A DNA stretch of 64,000 nucleotides. Origin: Gloeobacterales cyanobacterium (lineage in GTDB: Bacteria; Cyanobacteriota; Cyanobacteriia; Gloeobacterales; PMM-0068). A program made the position numbers and the translations under genes. Below the pieces are notes generated by a model, which was not told the origin of the DNA, did no database searches, and saw only the letters and a program-made list of their open reading frames with translations. Shown piece after piece: positions 39,332-47,763 of this stretch. Every line of letters begins with the position of its first letter. The first letter of the stretch is position 1. The stretch lies in NCBI GenBank assembly GCA_038245785.1, contig JBBRSB010000001.1, positions 128,001-192,000 on the forward strand, read 5' to 3'.

Positions 39332-39342
39332 AGGTGTCCCGT

Positions 39343-39546
39343 ATGCGCAAGGAATATGACTTCTCCAAGTCAAGCAAGAATCCTTACACTACTCAGCAAA
39401 AGAAGCAAACTACTATCCGGCTCGACGAAGACTCGATCGCCTACTTCAAGACGATCTCCGAAGAAGTGGGTATTCCGTACCAGAGCCTCATAAACCTGTA
39501 CCTTCGGGATTGTGCAGCGTCGCACAGAAAGCTGAGCCTCAACTAG
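39343..39546 (+). CDS. brnA: BrnA-family antitoxin
   Basis: MRKEYDFSKS.KNPY...KKQTTIRLD...YF...GIPYQSLINLYLRDC; RBS GAGGTG. Confidence 0.85.
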   Translation: MRKEYDFSKSSKNPYTTQQKKQTTIRLDEDSIAYFKTISEEVGIPYQSLINLYLRDCAASHRKLSLN

Positions 39547-39601
39547 AAATAGCCCAGTGCATGACCTGTAATATCCACCCATGTTAGTAATAGAAGACTT
39601 C

Positions 39602-40135
39602 TCAGGGTATAGTAACCGCGCGAAGGCTCTTTCGATCACACCTCATCAACAGGGCGCGACCATCAGGGGTATCGACTTCTGCAACCTGCCTAAACCCAGC
39701 CTTCTCGTAGCAACGAATCGCTCTGTGATTGTTGGGTGATGGATCAGTTTGCACTTGAGTAACCAACGGGTCTTCGAACAACCAGCGAAGGAAAGATCTA
39801 AGCATTGTCGTTCCAAGTCCTTGACCAAGTTGCTCGGAGTTCGCAAGGAACTGATCAACGCCACGTGCACCTGGGTCTTTTTCCTCTGGCCACCATCCAT
39901 CTCCTGCGCCCATGACGGTATATGACTGGATGTAGCCGATAGGCTCACCATCATCTAGCACGAAGTACGCTCTGACGGGGGAATCCGAGGAGCAGTACGA
40001 ACTGAATTCATCGCGAACGTCGGCAAGGGATGGAGCTGGTCCCCACCACTCTGCGACATGAGGCCGAGAGAGCCAGTCATGAAACAGCGGGATGTCTGAT
40101 TCAGTCATCGGTCGGAAGGATATCGTGAGCGGCAT
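39602..40135 (-). CDS. AAC(6')-Ib/II-like GNAT aminoglycoside acetyltransferase homolog
   Basis: HVAEWWG, GEPIGYIQSY, GDGWWPEEKDPGARGVDQFLAN, QTDPSPNNHRAIRCYEKAGF, TPDG. Confidence 0.85.
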   Translation of the reverse strand: MPLTISFRPMTESDIPLFHDWLSRPHVAEWWGPAPSLADVRDEFSSYCSSDSPVRAYFVLDDGEPIGYIQSYTVMGAGDGWWPEEKDPGARGVDQFLANSEQLGQGLGTTMLRSFLRWLFEDPLVTQVQTDPSPNNHRAIRCYEKAGFRQVAEVDTPDGRALLMRCDRKSLRAVTIP

Positions 40136-40374
40136 GGTGCTTAAAATACACATAGCGGATTGAAGCAGCCTGACGGCAAATTAGTCAATAGACGAGTTGG
40201 CAAAGCCATTGATACCTTGCCTGAATTACGATAAGAAGGGCTAGCACCATTTAACTCCATTTTTATTGATAAGGCTGTTTGTAATCCCCGTCCAATATCG
40301 AGAATATTCATCAGGCGCTATTATTGAGGGATAAATACGCTCTGTAGTGCTGCATTAGTGGTAAGCATCAAATT

Positions 40375-40809
40375 ATGAGTAAAACAGATTTGGCAGATTT
40401 TAACTTGTGGATCGCTCAAACAACTCAGCTATTGCGAGAGCATCGTTGGCACGAAATTGATGTGACACATCTGATTGAGGAGATCGAGGACTTGGGTAAG
40501 AGTGAACGACGGGGGATTACTAGCCAACTAACTCGTCTTTTACTGCATGTGCTCAAATGGCAATATCAACCTCAGCGGCGCTCAGATAGCTGGCTAGACT
40601 CTATAACTGATGCTCGTACTCAAATTGAATTAGTCCTTGAGGATAGTCCTAGTCTTGCAAGCTATCCTGCAGAAAAACTTGAAGAGAGTTACCAACGCGC
40701 ACGTTGTCAAGCAGCTAAACAAACCAGTTTAGAAATCTCGGCATTTCCAAATGCTTGTCCCTATTCTGTAGAGCTGGTTTTAGCAGAAGATTGGCTACCG
40801 GAGGGCTAA
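40375..40809 (+). CDS. DUF29 family protein
   Basis: DFNLW, HLIEEIEDLGKSE, HVLKWQYQP, SPSL, FP..CPY...L..DWLP. Confidence 0.92.
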   Translation: MSKTDLADFNLWIAQTTQLLREHRWHEIDVTHLIEEIEDLGKSERRGITSQLTRLLLHVLKWQYQPQRRSDSWLDSITDARTQIELVLEDSPSLASYPAEKLEESYQRARCQAAKQTSLEISAFPNACPYSVELVLAEDWLPEG

Positions 40810-40846
40810 CAGTTCAAACACCGCAGACACAATTTAGCTGGACTCC

Positions 40847-41044
40847 ATGGCAAAAGACATCTTTCACAACACCGTTAAAACCGCCCTCCAAAAAGACGGT
40901 TGGATCATTACCCACGATCCATATAAACTCCGCTACGGAGTTGCTGATGTTTATATCGACCTAGCAGCGGAAGACGCGATCGCCGCCGAAAAAGAAGGGC
41001 GTAAAATAGCTGTATGCGAGGTCATTGACCAATGGATAGAATAA
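40847..41044 (+). pseudogene. xisH: XisH with large in-frame internal deletion
   Basis: MAKDIFH..VKTALQKDGWIITHDP...IDLAAE..IAAEK.GRKIAV joined directly to C-terminal EVIDQWIE; only 65 aa. Confidence 0.8.
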
Positions 41045-41358
41045 CCGAGTATCGACAAATTGTTCGTAATTTTTTAGAAGATTTTGCCAAAGATGACGCA
41101 AACGCCCAACTAATTTTTGACCTTGAGCGCGATCACTACCTGGTCATGCATAACGAATGGCGCGAGGACTATCGCATCTATGGCTGTGCCATGCAGCTAG
41201 ATATTATCGAAGGTCAAATTTGGATTCAGCACAATAGCACCGAGATTTATATCGATCGCGAACTCATTCAGCGCGGCGTTTCTCCCAAAGACATCATTTT
41301 TGGGTTTCGCTCCCCCAACATCCGTCAACGCATCGCCGCTGCGTTGTACGGGACCTAA
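41032..41358 (+). CDS. xisI: XisI family protein
   Basis: LIFD.ERDHYL, RIYGC, GQIWIQHNSTE, GVSPKDIIFGF. Confidence 0.9.
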   Translation: MDRITEYRQIVRNFLEDFAKDDANAQLIFDLERDHYLVMHNEWREDYRIYGCAMQLDIIEGQIWIQHNSTEIYIDRELIQRGVSPKDIIFGFRSPNIRQRIAAALYGT

Positions 41359-41470
41359 AATTGTCTCCATAGTGCTGACACAATTGAGCTGGACTCATAA
41401 TGCCCTCAGACATTCTCTAGAGTCTCTCGCGATAGGCTCAATCCGCTAAAATTCATACAGGAGGCACTTT

Positions 41471-41703
41471 ATGTCAAAAACCATTCAAGGAATTTATAAA
41501 AACGGCAAAATCGAACTTGCCAACATACCCCAAGGAATTACAGAGAGCCAGGTTTTGGTGACGTTCAGAACCTCCAGTCCTCCAAGACAGCCCAGCCCGC
41601 TATGGTTTTTGGAATGTTCTCGGGCATTCAGCAATCCACAGAAGCAGATTTCAAAGAAGCAGAGTTTAACGGCGACGCTGACGATGCCCTCAATTGGGAA
41701 TGA
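41471..41703 (+). pseudogene. Frameshifted antitoxin-like gene
   Basis: MSKTIQGIYKNGKIEL..P..I.ESQVLVTF in one frame; MVFGMFSG..QSTEADFKEAEF..D.DDALNWE* in another. Confidence 0.55.
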
Positions 41704-41715
41704 TTTCTCAGCACC

Positions 41716-41892
41716 ATGAAATATATTCTCAATACCCATGCGCCGATCTGTTTCCTGGAGGGCAACTCACGATTAGGGACCAGTGTTCAAGCGATCCTTT
41801 CTGAGCCCACGAGTGAACTCATCCTGCCAGCGGTTGCCCTTGAAGCTGTTGAAAAATGGTTGAACGGAATTTTCTACACTCAAGGATGGTGA
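41716..41892 (+). pseudogene. Truncated PIN/VapC toxin remnant
   Basis: MKYILNTHAPICFLEGNSRLG resembles (L)DTH.LIWF.EG..RL with catalytic Asp changed to Asn; ends after 58 aa. Confidence 0.65.
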
Positions 41893-41987
41893 AAGTGCTT
41901 TAACGCAAACCGATCCAACAGACTATCAAAACCTGAAACCCTTATGTAACAAGTAAAAAAGTGCTTAAAAGCAAATCGATGCAAGAG
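41892..41987. repeat. Two 30-bp imperfect direct repeats separated by 36 bp
   Basis: AAAGTGCTTTAACGCAAACCGATCCAACAG (41892-41921) versus AAAGTGCTTAAAAGCAAATCGATGCAAGAG (41958-41987), 25/30 identical. Confidence 0.7.
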
Positions 41988-41991
41988 CAAT

Positions 41992-43071
41992 ATGAACGAA
42001 GCTGACTCCCTCGATCCACAGATTGACACCGCCTTCCAGCGCTCAGAGCAAGCCCTCTTGAGCGAAATCAGTCAGCTTATCGATGCCGCCAAACAACGTA
42101 CTGCTGTTGCCATCAACGCTGAAATCACCCTGCTCTATTGGCAAGTCGGCAACCGCATCCAAACCGAAGTCCTCCAAGGTCAACGCGCCGAATACGGCAA
42201 ACAAGTGATTATCGCTCTCTCCAAAAAGCTCACCCAAGCTTACGGTAGAGGCTGGAGTGAACGTCAATTAAACTACTGCATCCTGATTGCAGAAGTTTTT
42301 CCCAATCGAGAGATTCTGCACACACTGTGTGCGGAATTGAGTTGGTCGCATCTCAAACTGATTATCGGCATAGAAAATCCCCTAAAACGCGATTTCTACA
42401 TCGAAATTGCCAAACTCGAACGATGGAGTGTTCGCCAATTGCAAGAACGCATCAACTCCATGCTATTCGAGCGCACCGCTCTATCACGCAAACCCGAAGA
42501 CACCATTCGCCACGATCTAGAGCAACTGCGTCATACTCAACAGGTATCGCCCAATCTGCTGCTTAAAGACCCCTACATCCTAGACTTTCTAGATTTGAAC
42601 GATCGCTACCTCGAAAAAGACCTCGAAGATGCCATTTTGCGAGACATCGAGCAATTTTTGCTGGAACTTGGTGCAGGTTTCACCTTTATTGCCCGTCAAA
42701 AACGCATACAAATCGACAATGACGACTTTTACATCGACCTGCTGTTCTATAACCGCAAACTCAAACGCCTCGTCGCCATCGAGCTCAAACTCGGCAATTT
42801 CCAGGCCGAATATAAAGGCCAGATGGAACTTTACCTGCGCTGGCTTGCTAAATACGAACAGGAGCGTGATGAACAGCCACCCTTGGGAATAATCTTATGT
42901 GCAGGCAAGAAGCAAGAGCAGATTGAATTGTTAGAGCTAGATAAAAGTGGCATTCATGTTGCCGAATACCTCACCGTATTGCCGCCCAAAGAATTGCTCC
43001 AAGCCAAACTGCAAGAATCGATTACTGCTGCCCGTCGCCGATTATCTTCTCCAAACGATGAGTCTACATGA
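41992..43071 (+). CDS. YhcG/DUF1016 PD-(D/E)XK nuclease-domain protein
   Basis: LYWQVG, RAEYGK, LSWSH, KDPYILDFL, ELGAGFTF, IDLLFY..KL..LVAIELK, GQMELY. Confidence 0.93.
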   Translation: MNEADSLDPQIDTAFQRSEQALLSEISQLIDAAKQRTAVAINAEITLLYWQVGNRIQTEVLQGQRAEYGKQVIIALSKKLTQAYGRGWSERQLNYCILIAEVFPNREILHTLCAELSWSHLKLIIGIENPLKRDFYIEIAKLERWSVRQLQERINSMLFERTALSRKPEDTIRHDLEQLRHTQQVSPNLLLKDPYILDFLDLNDRYLEKDLEDAILRDIEQFLLELGAGFTFIARQKRIQIDNDDFYIDLLFYNRKLKRLVAIELKLGNFQAEYKGQMELYLRWLAKYEQERDEQPPLGIILCAGKKQEQIELLELDKSGIHVAEYLTVLPPKELLQAKLQESITAARRRLSSPNDEST

Positions 43072-45410
43072 ACGAATCCGAAACCCGCGCCGAACTGATT
43101 GATCCAGCCCTTAGAGCCGCAGGCTGGGGAGTCATTGAAGGCAGCCGCATCCGCCGGGAAGTCATTGCTCCCGGTCGCTTGGTCGGTGGGGGGAAACGCG
43201 CTCAGGCAGACATCGCCGATTACGTACTCGTCTATAGCGGCGAAAAACTCGCGGTCATCGAAGCCAAAAAGCGCAGCTTGTCCGATACCGAAGGCGTTGG
43301 CCAAGCCAAAAAATATGCTGAAAAACTAGAAACCCGATTCGCCTACTCCACCAATGGCGACGGTATTTATCAGATTGACATGCGTACCGGGATAGAAAGC
43401 TATATCAGCCAATATCCCAGTCCTAATGAGCTGTGGGATGCCACCTTTAGCGAAACTAACGCATGGCGCGACCGCTTTGCCGACATCCCATTTGAAGACA
43501 GAAGCGGCACCTGGGAAGCCCGCTACTACCAGCACAATGCGATCAAACATGTTCTAGAGGCGATCTGCCAGGGAAAAAACCGTATTTTGCTAACGATGGC
43601 AACAGGAACAGGCAAAACCTTCGTCGCCTTCCAACTCACCTGGAAACTCTTCCAAAGCCGCTGGAATTTGAGCCAAGAACCTACCCGCCGCCCCCGCATC
43701 CTATTTCTTGCCGACCGCAACATTCTCGCCAACCAAGCCTATAACTCTTTTTCCTCCTTCCCCGACGATGCCCTGGTGCGGATTGACCCCGAAGAGATCC
43801 GCAAACGAGGCCGAGTTCCTAAAAACGGCAGCGTCTTCTTCACCATTTTCCAAACATTCATGACTGGAAAAGACGAGGATGGCAATCCCACTCCCAAATT
43901 CAACGACTATCCCCCATACTTCTTCGACTTCATCATTATTGATGAGTGTCACCGGGGCGGAGCCAGCGACGAGAGCAACTGGCGCGGCATCTTAGAATAT
44001 TTTTCTCCCGCTGTGCAGATGGGCCTCACCGCCACCCCCAAACGCGCTAACAACGCCGACACCTACGCCTATTTTGGCGATCCGGTCTATACCTATGCCC
44101 TCAAAGATGGCATCAACGATGGATTCCTGACCCCCTTCAAAGTTATGCAAATCGAAACCACTCTCGATGAATACATTTACAGCACCGAAGACAGCCTGAT
44201 TGAAGGTGCTGTTGACGAAGCAAGAACCTATACCGAAGCCGACTTCAACCGCATCATCGAAATTGAAGAGCGCGAACACTACCGAGTTCAGCTTTTCATG
44301 GAAGCGATTGATCAAAACCAAAAGACCCTGGTTTTTTGCGCCACCCAACTCCACGCTCTGGCCGTGAGAAATTTAATTAACCAGATGAAGATTAGCACCG
44401 AGCCAAATTACTGTGTCCGCGTGACTGCCGACGATGGGAAACTCGGCGAACAACACCTCAGAACCTTTCAAGACAACGAGAAAAGCATTCCTACTATTCT
44501 CACCACTTCCCAAAAGCTCTCTACCGGAGTTGATGCACGGAACGTCCGCAACATTGTGCTGATGCGCCCGATAAATACGATGATCGAGTTCAAACAGATC
44601 ATTGGTCGCGGCACTCGGCTGTTTGACGGCAAAGACTATTTCACCATCTACGATTTTGTCGAAGCCTACGCACACTTCAGCGATCCTGAATGGGATGGCG
44701 AACCTCAAGAACCCGTGCTGGTGACTTCTAGAAAGACCCGCGAGTCAAGAGGTGAATACAACACACGCACAGAAACTAGCGACGAGGGTGATGAAGGAAC
44801 AGAAACCCGCCGTCGCCCCGAACTCATCAAAATAAAGCTAGGTGATTGCAAAGAACGCATCATCCAACACTGGATGTCCACCAGCTTTTGGAGTCCAGAC
44901 GGTAAGCCTTTATCTGCTGCTGAATTCGTGGAACGCCTTTTTGGCGAAATTCCAGAACTATTCAAAGCCGAAGACGAACTACGGGCGCTGTGGAGCCGCC
45001 CCGACACCCGCAAAGCACTGCTGGAAGGACTGGCGGAGAAAGGCTATGGTAACGAACAACTCACAGAGATTAGCCGTCTGATCGACGCCGAGAAAAGCGA
45101 CCTGTATGACGTGCTGGTTTACATTGCCTATGCGACTGCACCGATTAGCCGCCGCGAGCGAGTCGTGGCCCATGAAGCACTGATCTTCTCCCGCTATGTC
45201 GGCAAACAGCAAGAATTTCTAAACTTCGTGCTTGATCGATACATCAGAGAAGGGGTAGGAGAACTCGATCGCTCGAAATTATCTCAACTGCTGGAGCTGA
45301 AATATCATGATGTTCGTGATGCCATTGAAGAATTAGGGAGCGTTGCAAATATAAGTGAAGTGTTTATCGAGTTTCAGCAATATTTGTATTCGCAGGAAAG
45401 TGCAGCTTAA
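43068..45410 (+). CDS. hsdR: Type I restriction endonuclease subunit R (EcoAI/EcoEI-like)
   Basis: ADYVL...VIEAKK nuclease, MATGTGKT, DECHRG, TATP, QIIGRGTR; EcoEI-type C-terminus. Confidence 0.93.
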   Translation: MNESETRAELIDPALRAAGWGVIEGSRIRREVIAPGRLVGGGKRAQADIADYVLVYSGEKLAVIEAKKRSLSDTEGVGQAKKYAEKLETRFAYSTNGDGIYQIDMRTGIESYISQYPSPNELWDATFSETNAWRDRFADIPFEDRSGTWEARYYQHNAIKHVLEAICQGKNRILLTMATGTGKTFVAFQLTWKLFQSRWNLSQEPTRRPRILFLADRNILANQAYNSFSSFPDDALVRIDPEEIRKRGRVPKNGSVFFTIFQTFMTGKDEDGNPTPKFNDYPPYFFDFIIIDECHRGGASDESNWRGILEYFSPAVQMGLTATPKRANNADTYAYFGDPVYTYALKDGINDGFLTPFKVMQIETTLDEYIYSTEDSLIEGAVDEARTYTEADFNRIIEIEEREHYRVQLFMEAIDQNQKTLVFCATQLHALAVRNLINQMKISTEPNYCVRVTADDGKLGEQHLRTFQDNEKSIPTILTTSQKLSTGVDARNVRNIVLMRPINTMIEFKQIIGRGTRLFDGKDYFTIYDFVEAYAHFSDPEWDGEPQEPVLVTSRKTRESRGEYNTRTETSDEGDEGTETRRRPELIKIKLGDCKERIIQHWMSTSFWSPDGKPLSAAEFVERLFGEIPELFKAEDELRALWSRPDTRKALLEGLAEKGYGNEQLTEISRLIDAEKSDLYDVLVYIAYATAPISRRERVVAHEALIFSRYVGKQQEFLNFVLDRYIREGVGELDRSKLSQLLELKYHDVRDAIEELGSVANISEVFIEFQQYLYSQESAA

Positions 45411-45511
45411 TTGGGCAGGTGGATACCCCTGCGATCGATTAAACGGACGAATGGAAAGAGAATAAACCGTGCGCTAGATTGATTGCAAGAACCAGAGCAT
45501 GATACTATCGC

Positions 45512-45540
45512 TTGACAATAGTACTGCTGCGCAGTAGTAT
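45512..45540 (+). promoter_or_regulatory. Sigma70 promoter of higBA with palindromic operator
   Basis: TTGACA-N17-TAGTAT; near-palindrome TACTGCTGCGCAGTAGTA (45522-45539) overlaps the -10. Confidence 0.75.
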
Positions 45541-45546
45541 TAAATT

Positions 45547-45831
45547 GTGATTGTAAGTTTCAATTCTGACGAAACAAAGCTTATCTTTGATGGCTTTACA
45601 TCTCGCTACTACCCACCCGATATTCAAAAGATTGCTTTGCGCAAACTTCTCCTGTTAAATGCTGCGATATCAGTTAATGACTTGCGTGTTCCACCAGGGA
45701 ATAGATTAGAGAAGTTATCTGGCGGTTGCAAAGGGCAATACAGTATCCGGATTAATAGTCAATGGCGAATTTGCTTTGTCTGGTCAGATGAGAATAACTC
45801 AGCTCAAGTCGAAATTGTAGACTACCACTAA
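45547..45831 (+). CDS. higB: HigB (RelE/ParE superfamily) toxin
   Basis: DLRVPPGNRLEKL.G..KGQYSIRINSQWRICF.W...VEIVDYH. Confidence 0.93.
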   Translation: MIVSFNSDETKLIFDGFTSRYYPPDIQKIALRKLLLLNAAISVNDLRVPPGNRLEKLSGGCKGQYSIRINSQWRICFVWSDENNSAQVEIVDYH

Positions 45832-45854
45832 GAAAAAAACGTACAAAAAACGTC

Positions 45855-46163
45855 ATGAACAACAACCGTCTGCCAAACATTCATCCTGGTGAAATCCTAC
45901 GCCTGGAATTCCTGGAACCGCTAAATATTACTTCCTATCGGTTGAGTAAGGATATTGGTGTAGGGCAGACACGAATCAGCGAGATTTTGTCTGAAAAACG
46001 AAGTATTACAGCAGATACGGCTCTGCGCCTGTCACAATATTTCGGTAACAGTGCTCAATTCTGGCTGAACTTACAGACACAGTATGATTTGCGTCAAGCT
46101 CAAGAAGAAAATGCGGAGATTTACAGTCAGATTCCCGCAGCTCAGCTTGCTCACTTGAGCTAA
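45855..46163 (+). CDS. higA: HigA antitoxin (HTH)
   Basis: IHPGEIL..EFL.PL, RSITADTALRL..YFG.SAQFWLNLQ..YDL. Confidence 0.95.
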   Translation: MNNNRLPNIHPGEILRLEFLEPLNITSYRLSKDIGVGQTRISEILSEKRSITADTALRLSQYFGNSAQFWLNLQTQYDLRQAQEENAEIYSQIPAAQLAHLS

Positions 46164-46252
46164 CTGGAATATCTAGGTAAAACTGTATTCATATGTTTTA
46201 GGCTAAGGTGCTAATTCGTAGTAACCGAAGAAAAAACCATCCAGTTGAGCAA

Positions 46253-46600
46253 TCAGATATACCGAACCTGATTTTCCATCTCGTCTGCCGTCACTTGATT
46301 CAAAATCACCAGTAATCGTTGCACAATTTCTTGAGGTGAACGACGGGTAGCCAAGATTACACCATAATGTTTTCGCTCTGCAGCAAAATATGTTTGGATA
46401 AGCTCTTCAAAATCACTACGGTTATGTGTAACTAACGCTCTTTTTTGGTTAACTGCGTATGCAAGTTGTTCCTGATCACTTGCTTGAAGTTGTCCTGCAT
46501 CTCTTACGGTTAAAGCATCAAACCCTCTTGCATTTAGTAAATTTCCCACTAAAACATTTACATCTTCATCTAGGTATAAACGAATAAACAAACTACTCAT
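46253..46600 (-). CDS. DUF5615 PIN-like toxin
   Basis: LYLDEDV, SDQEQLAYA, VTHNRSDF, HYGVI. Confidence 0.88.
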   Translation of the reverse strand: MSSLFIRLYLDEDVNVLVGNLLNARGFDALTVRDAGQLQASDQEQLAYAVNQKRALVTHNRSDFEELIQTYFAAERKHYGVILATRRSPQEIVQRLLVILNQVTADEMENQVRYI

Positions 46601-46878
46601 AGATCTCGCACCAACGGATCAAGTAGATCATCAGGAATTCGGTTGCGCTCGATATAGGCGTTAATCTCATCTTGATGATCACTGTAGTAGCTCAAGGCAT
46701 CGAATATCTGTGCCAGTGTTAGATGCGGTAAACCATTTGGGATTTCCTCAGGGGCAATTCCCATACGCCAAGTTTCGACAATTGCCCTAATGGGTGTACG
46801 GGTCCCTTTAATAATTGGCTCACTGTTTAGAATCTGCTCGTCTCTAACTATGTAAAGATGCTCCGTAGATTGAACCAT
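46597..46878 (-). CDS. DUF433 antitoxin
   Basis: EPIIKGTRTPIRAIV, PHLTLAQIFDALSYY. Confidence 0.9.
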   Translation of the reverse strand: MVQSTEHLYIVRDEQILNSEPIIKGTRTPIRAIVETWRMGIAPEEIPNGLPHLTLAQIFDALSYYSDHQDEINAYIERNRIPDDLLDPLVRDL

Positions 46879-47010
46879 AGTGGATTGTTCCGTATAGTGA
46901 TGCCGTCAAATTTAATTGTAGCGATTCTGTCACCACATGATGTAGTGCAACCGACCCAAAGCCAATAAGATTCTCACCCCAAACCCTCACACATCCGCCA
47001 TCACAGAAAG

Positions 47011-47757
47011 TCAACCGAGAAGCACTCTATCAACAAACTTTTGAATTAGATTATTAGATTCAGGCGTTTCCTGTAGATTATCAAGAATGTTCTGCAGCAT
47101 GTCGTGACTATCTAAATATCTATCTCGATAACGGGTAATGCGCGTACTTAAATCCTGTTTATCCAATTCTGGATGGAATTGGAAACCATAAAAGGGCTTA
47201 TCTCCTATCTTCAAAGCATGGTGTTGACATAGTGCCGATGAAGCTAGCAAGATTGCATCTTTGGGCAAAAAAACGGCCCGTTCTTTATGACCTGAAACAG
47301 CCCAAAATTCACTGGGAACATCGCAAAAAAGGATATCGTTTTGGGCAGCTTCTGTGAGCTGGAGTGGATACGTTCCCATCTCCATATTTTCCTTATCTAG
47401 AATCACCTTGCCGCCTAGAGCTTCTACCACTAGCTGAAATCCAAAACAAGAGGCGAAGACAGGAATATTTTGGTCTACACAATGGAGCAATAGCTTTTTA
47501 GCATCTTCCACAAAAGGATAAATTTCTGGTTGAATGACCGAGGCATCACTGGAGCCACCGACAAAGAGTGCATCGTAACCCTTGATACAGGAGTCTTCGA
47601 AATATGGAGTTTCGAAGACATTCAGAACAGTAAATTGTCCTTTGGGAATTTGACTGTAGCGTACAAACTTAGCCAGTTCTTCTTCGCGTGTTTCTTGATC
47701 GTCACGAATTTGCATTAGTAAAATGCTGAGTTTTTCACGCTTTTGGGTTAGGGGCAT
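47011..47757 (-). CDS. Class I glutamine amidotransferase
   Basis: VGGS, ASCFGFQ nucleophile Cys, FQFHPE His/Glu. Confidence 0.9.
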   Translation of the reverse strand: MPLTQKREKLSILLMQIRDDQETREEELAKFVRYSQIPKGQFTVLNVFETPYFEDSCIKGYDALFVGGSSDASVIQPEIYPFVEDAKKLLLHCVDQNIPVFASCFGFQLVVEALGGKVILDKENMEMGTYPLQLTEAAQNDILFCDVPSEFWAVSGHKERAVFLPKDAILLASSALCQHHALKIGDKPFYGFQFHPELDKQDLSTRITRYRDRYLDSHDMLQNILDNLQETPESNNLIQKFVDRVLLG

Positions 47758-47763
47758 GGCAAC

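Noticed and set aside
39256..39342. 29-aa N-terminal extension of BrnA in the ORF track
   Set aside because: The region is the brnT remnant in another frame; BrnA starts at ATG 39343 after GAGGTG.
41892..41987. Calling the 30-bp repeat pair a CRISPR array
   Set aside because: Only two copies with five mismatches, no hairpin and no cas genes; kept only as an unexplained repeat.
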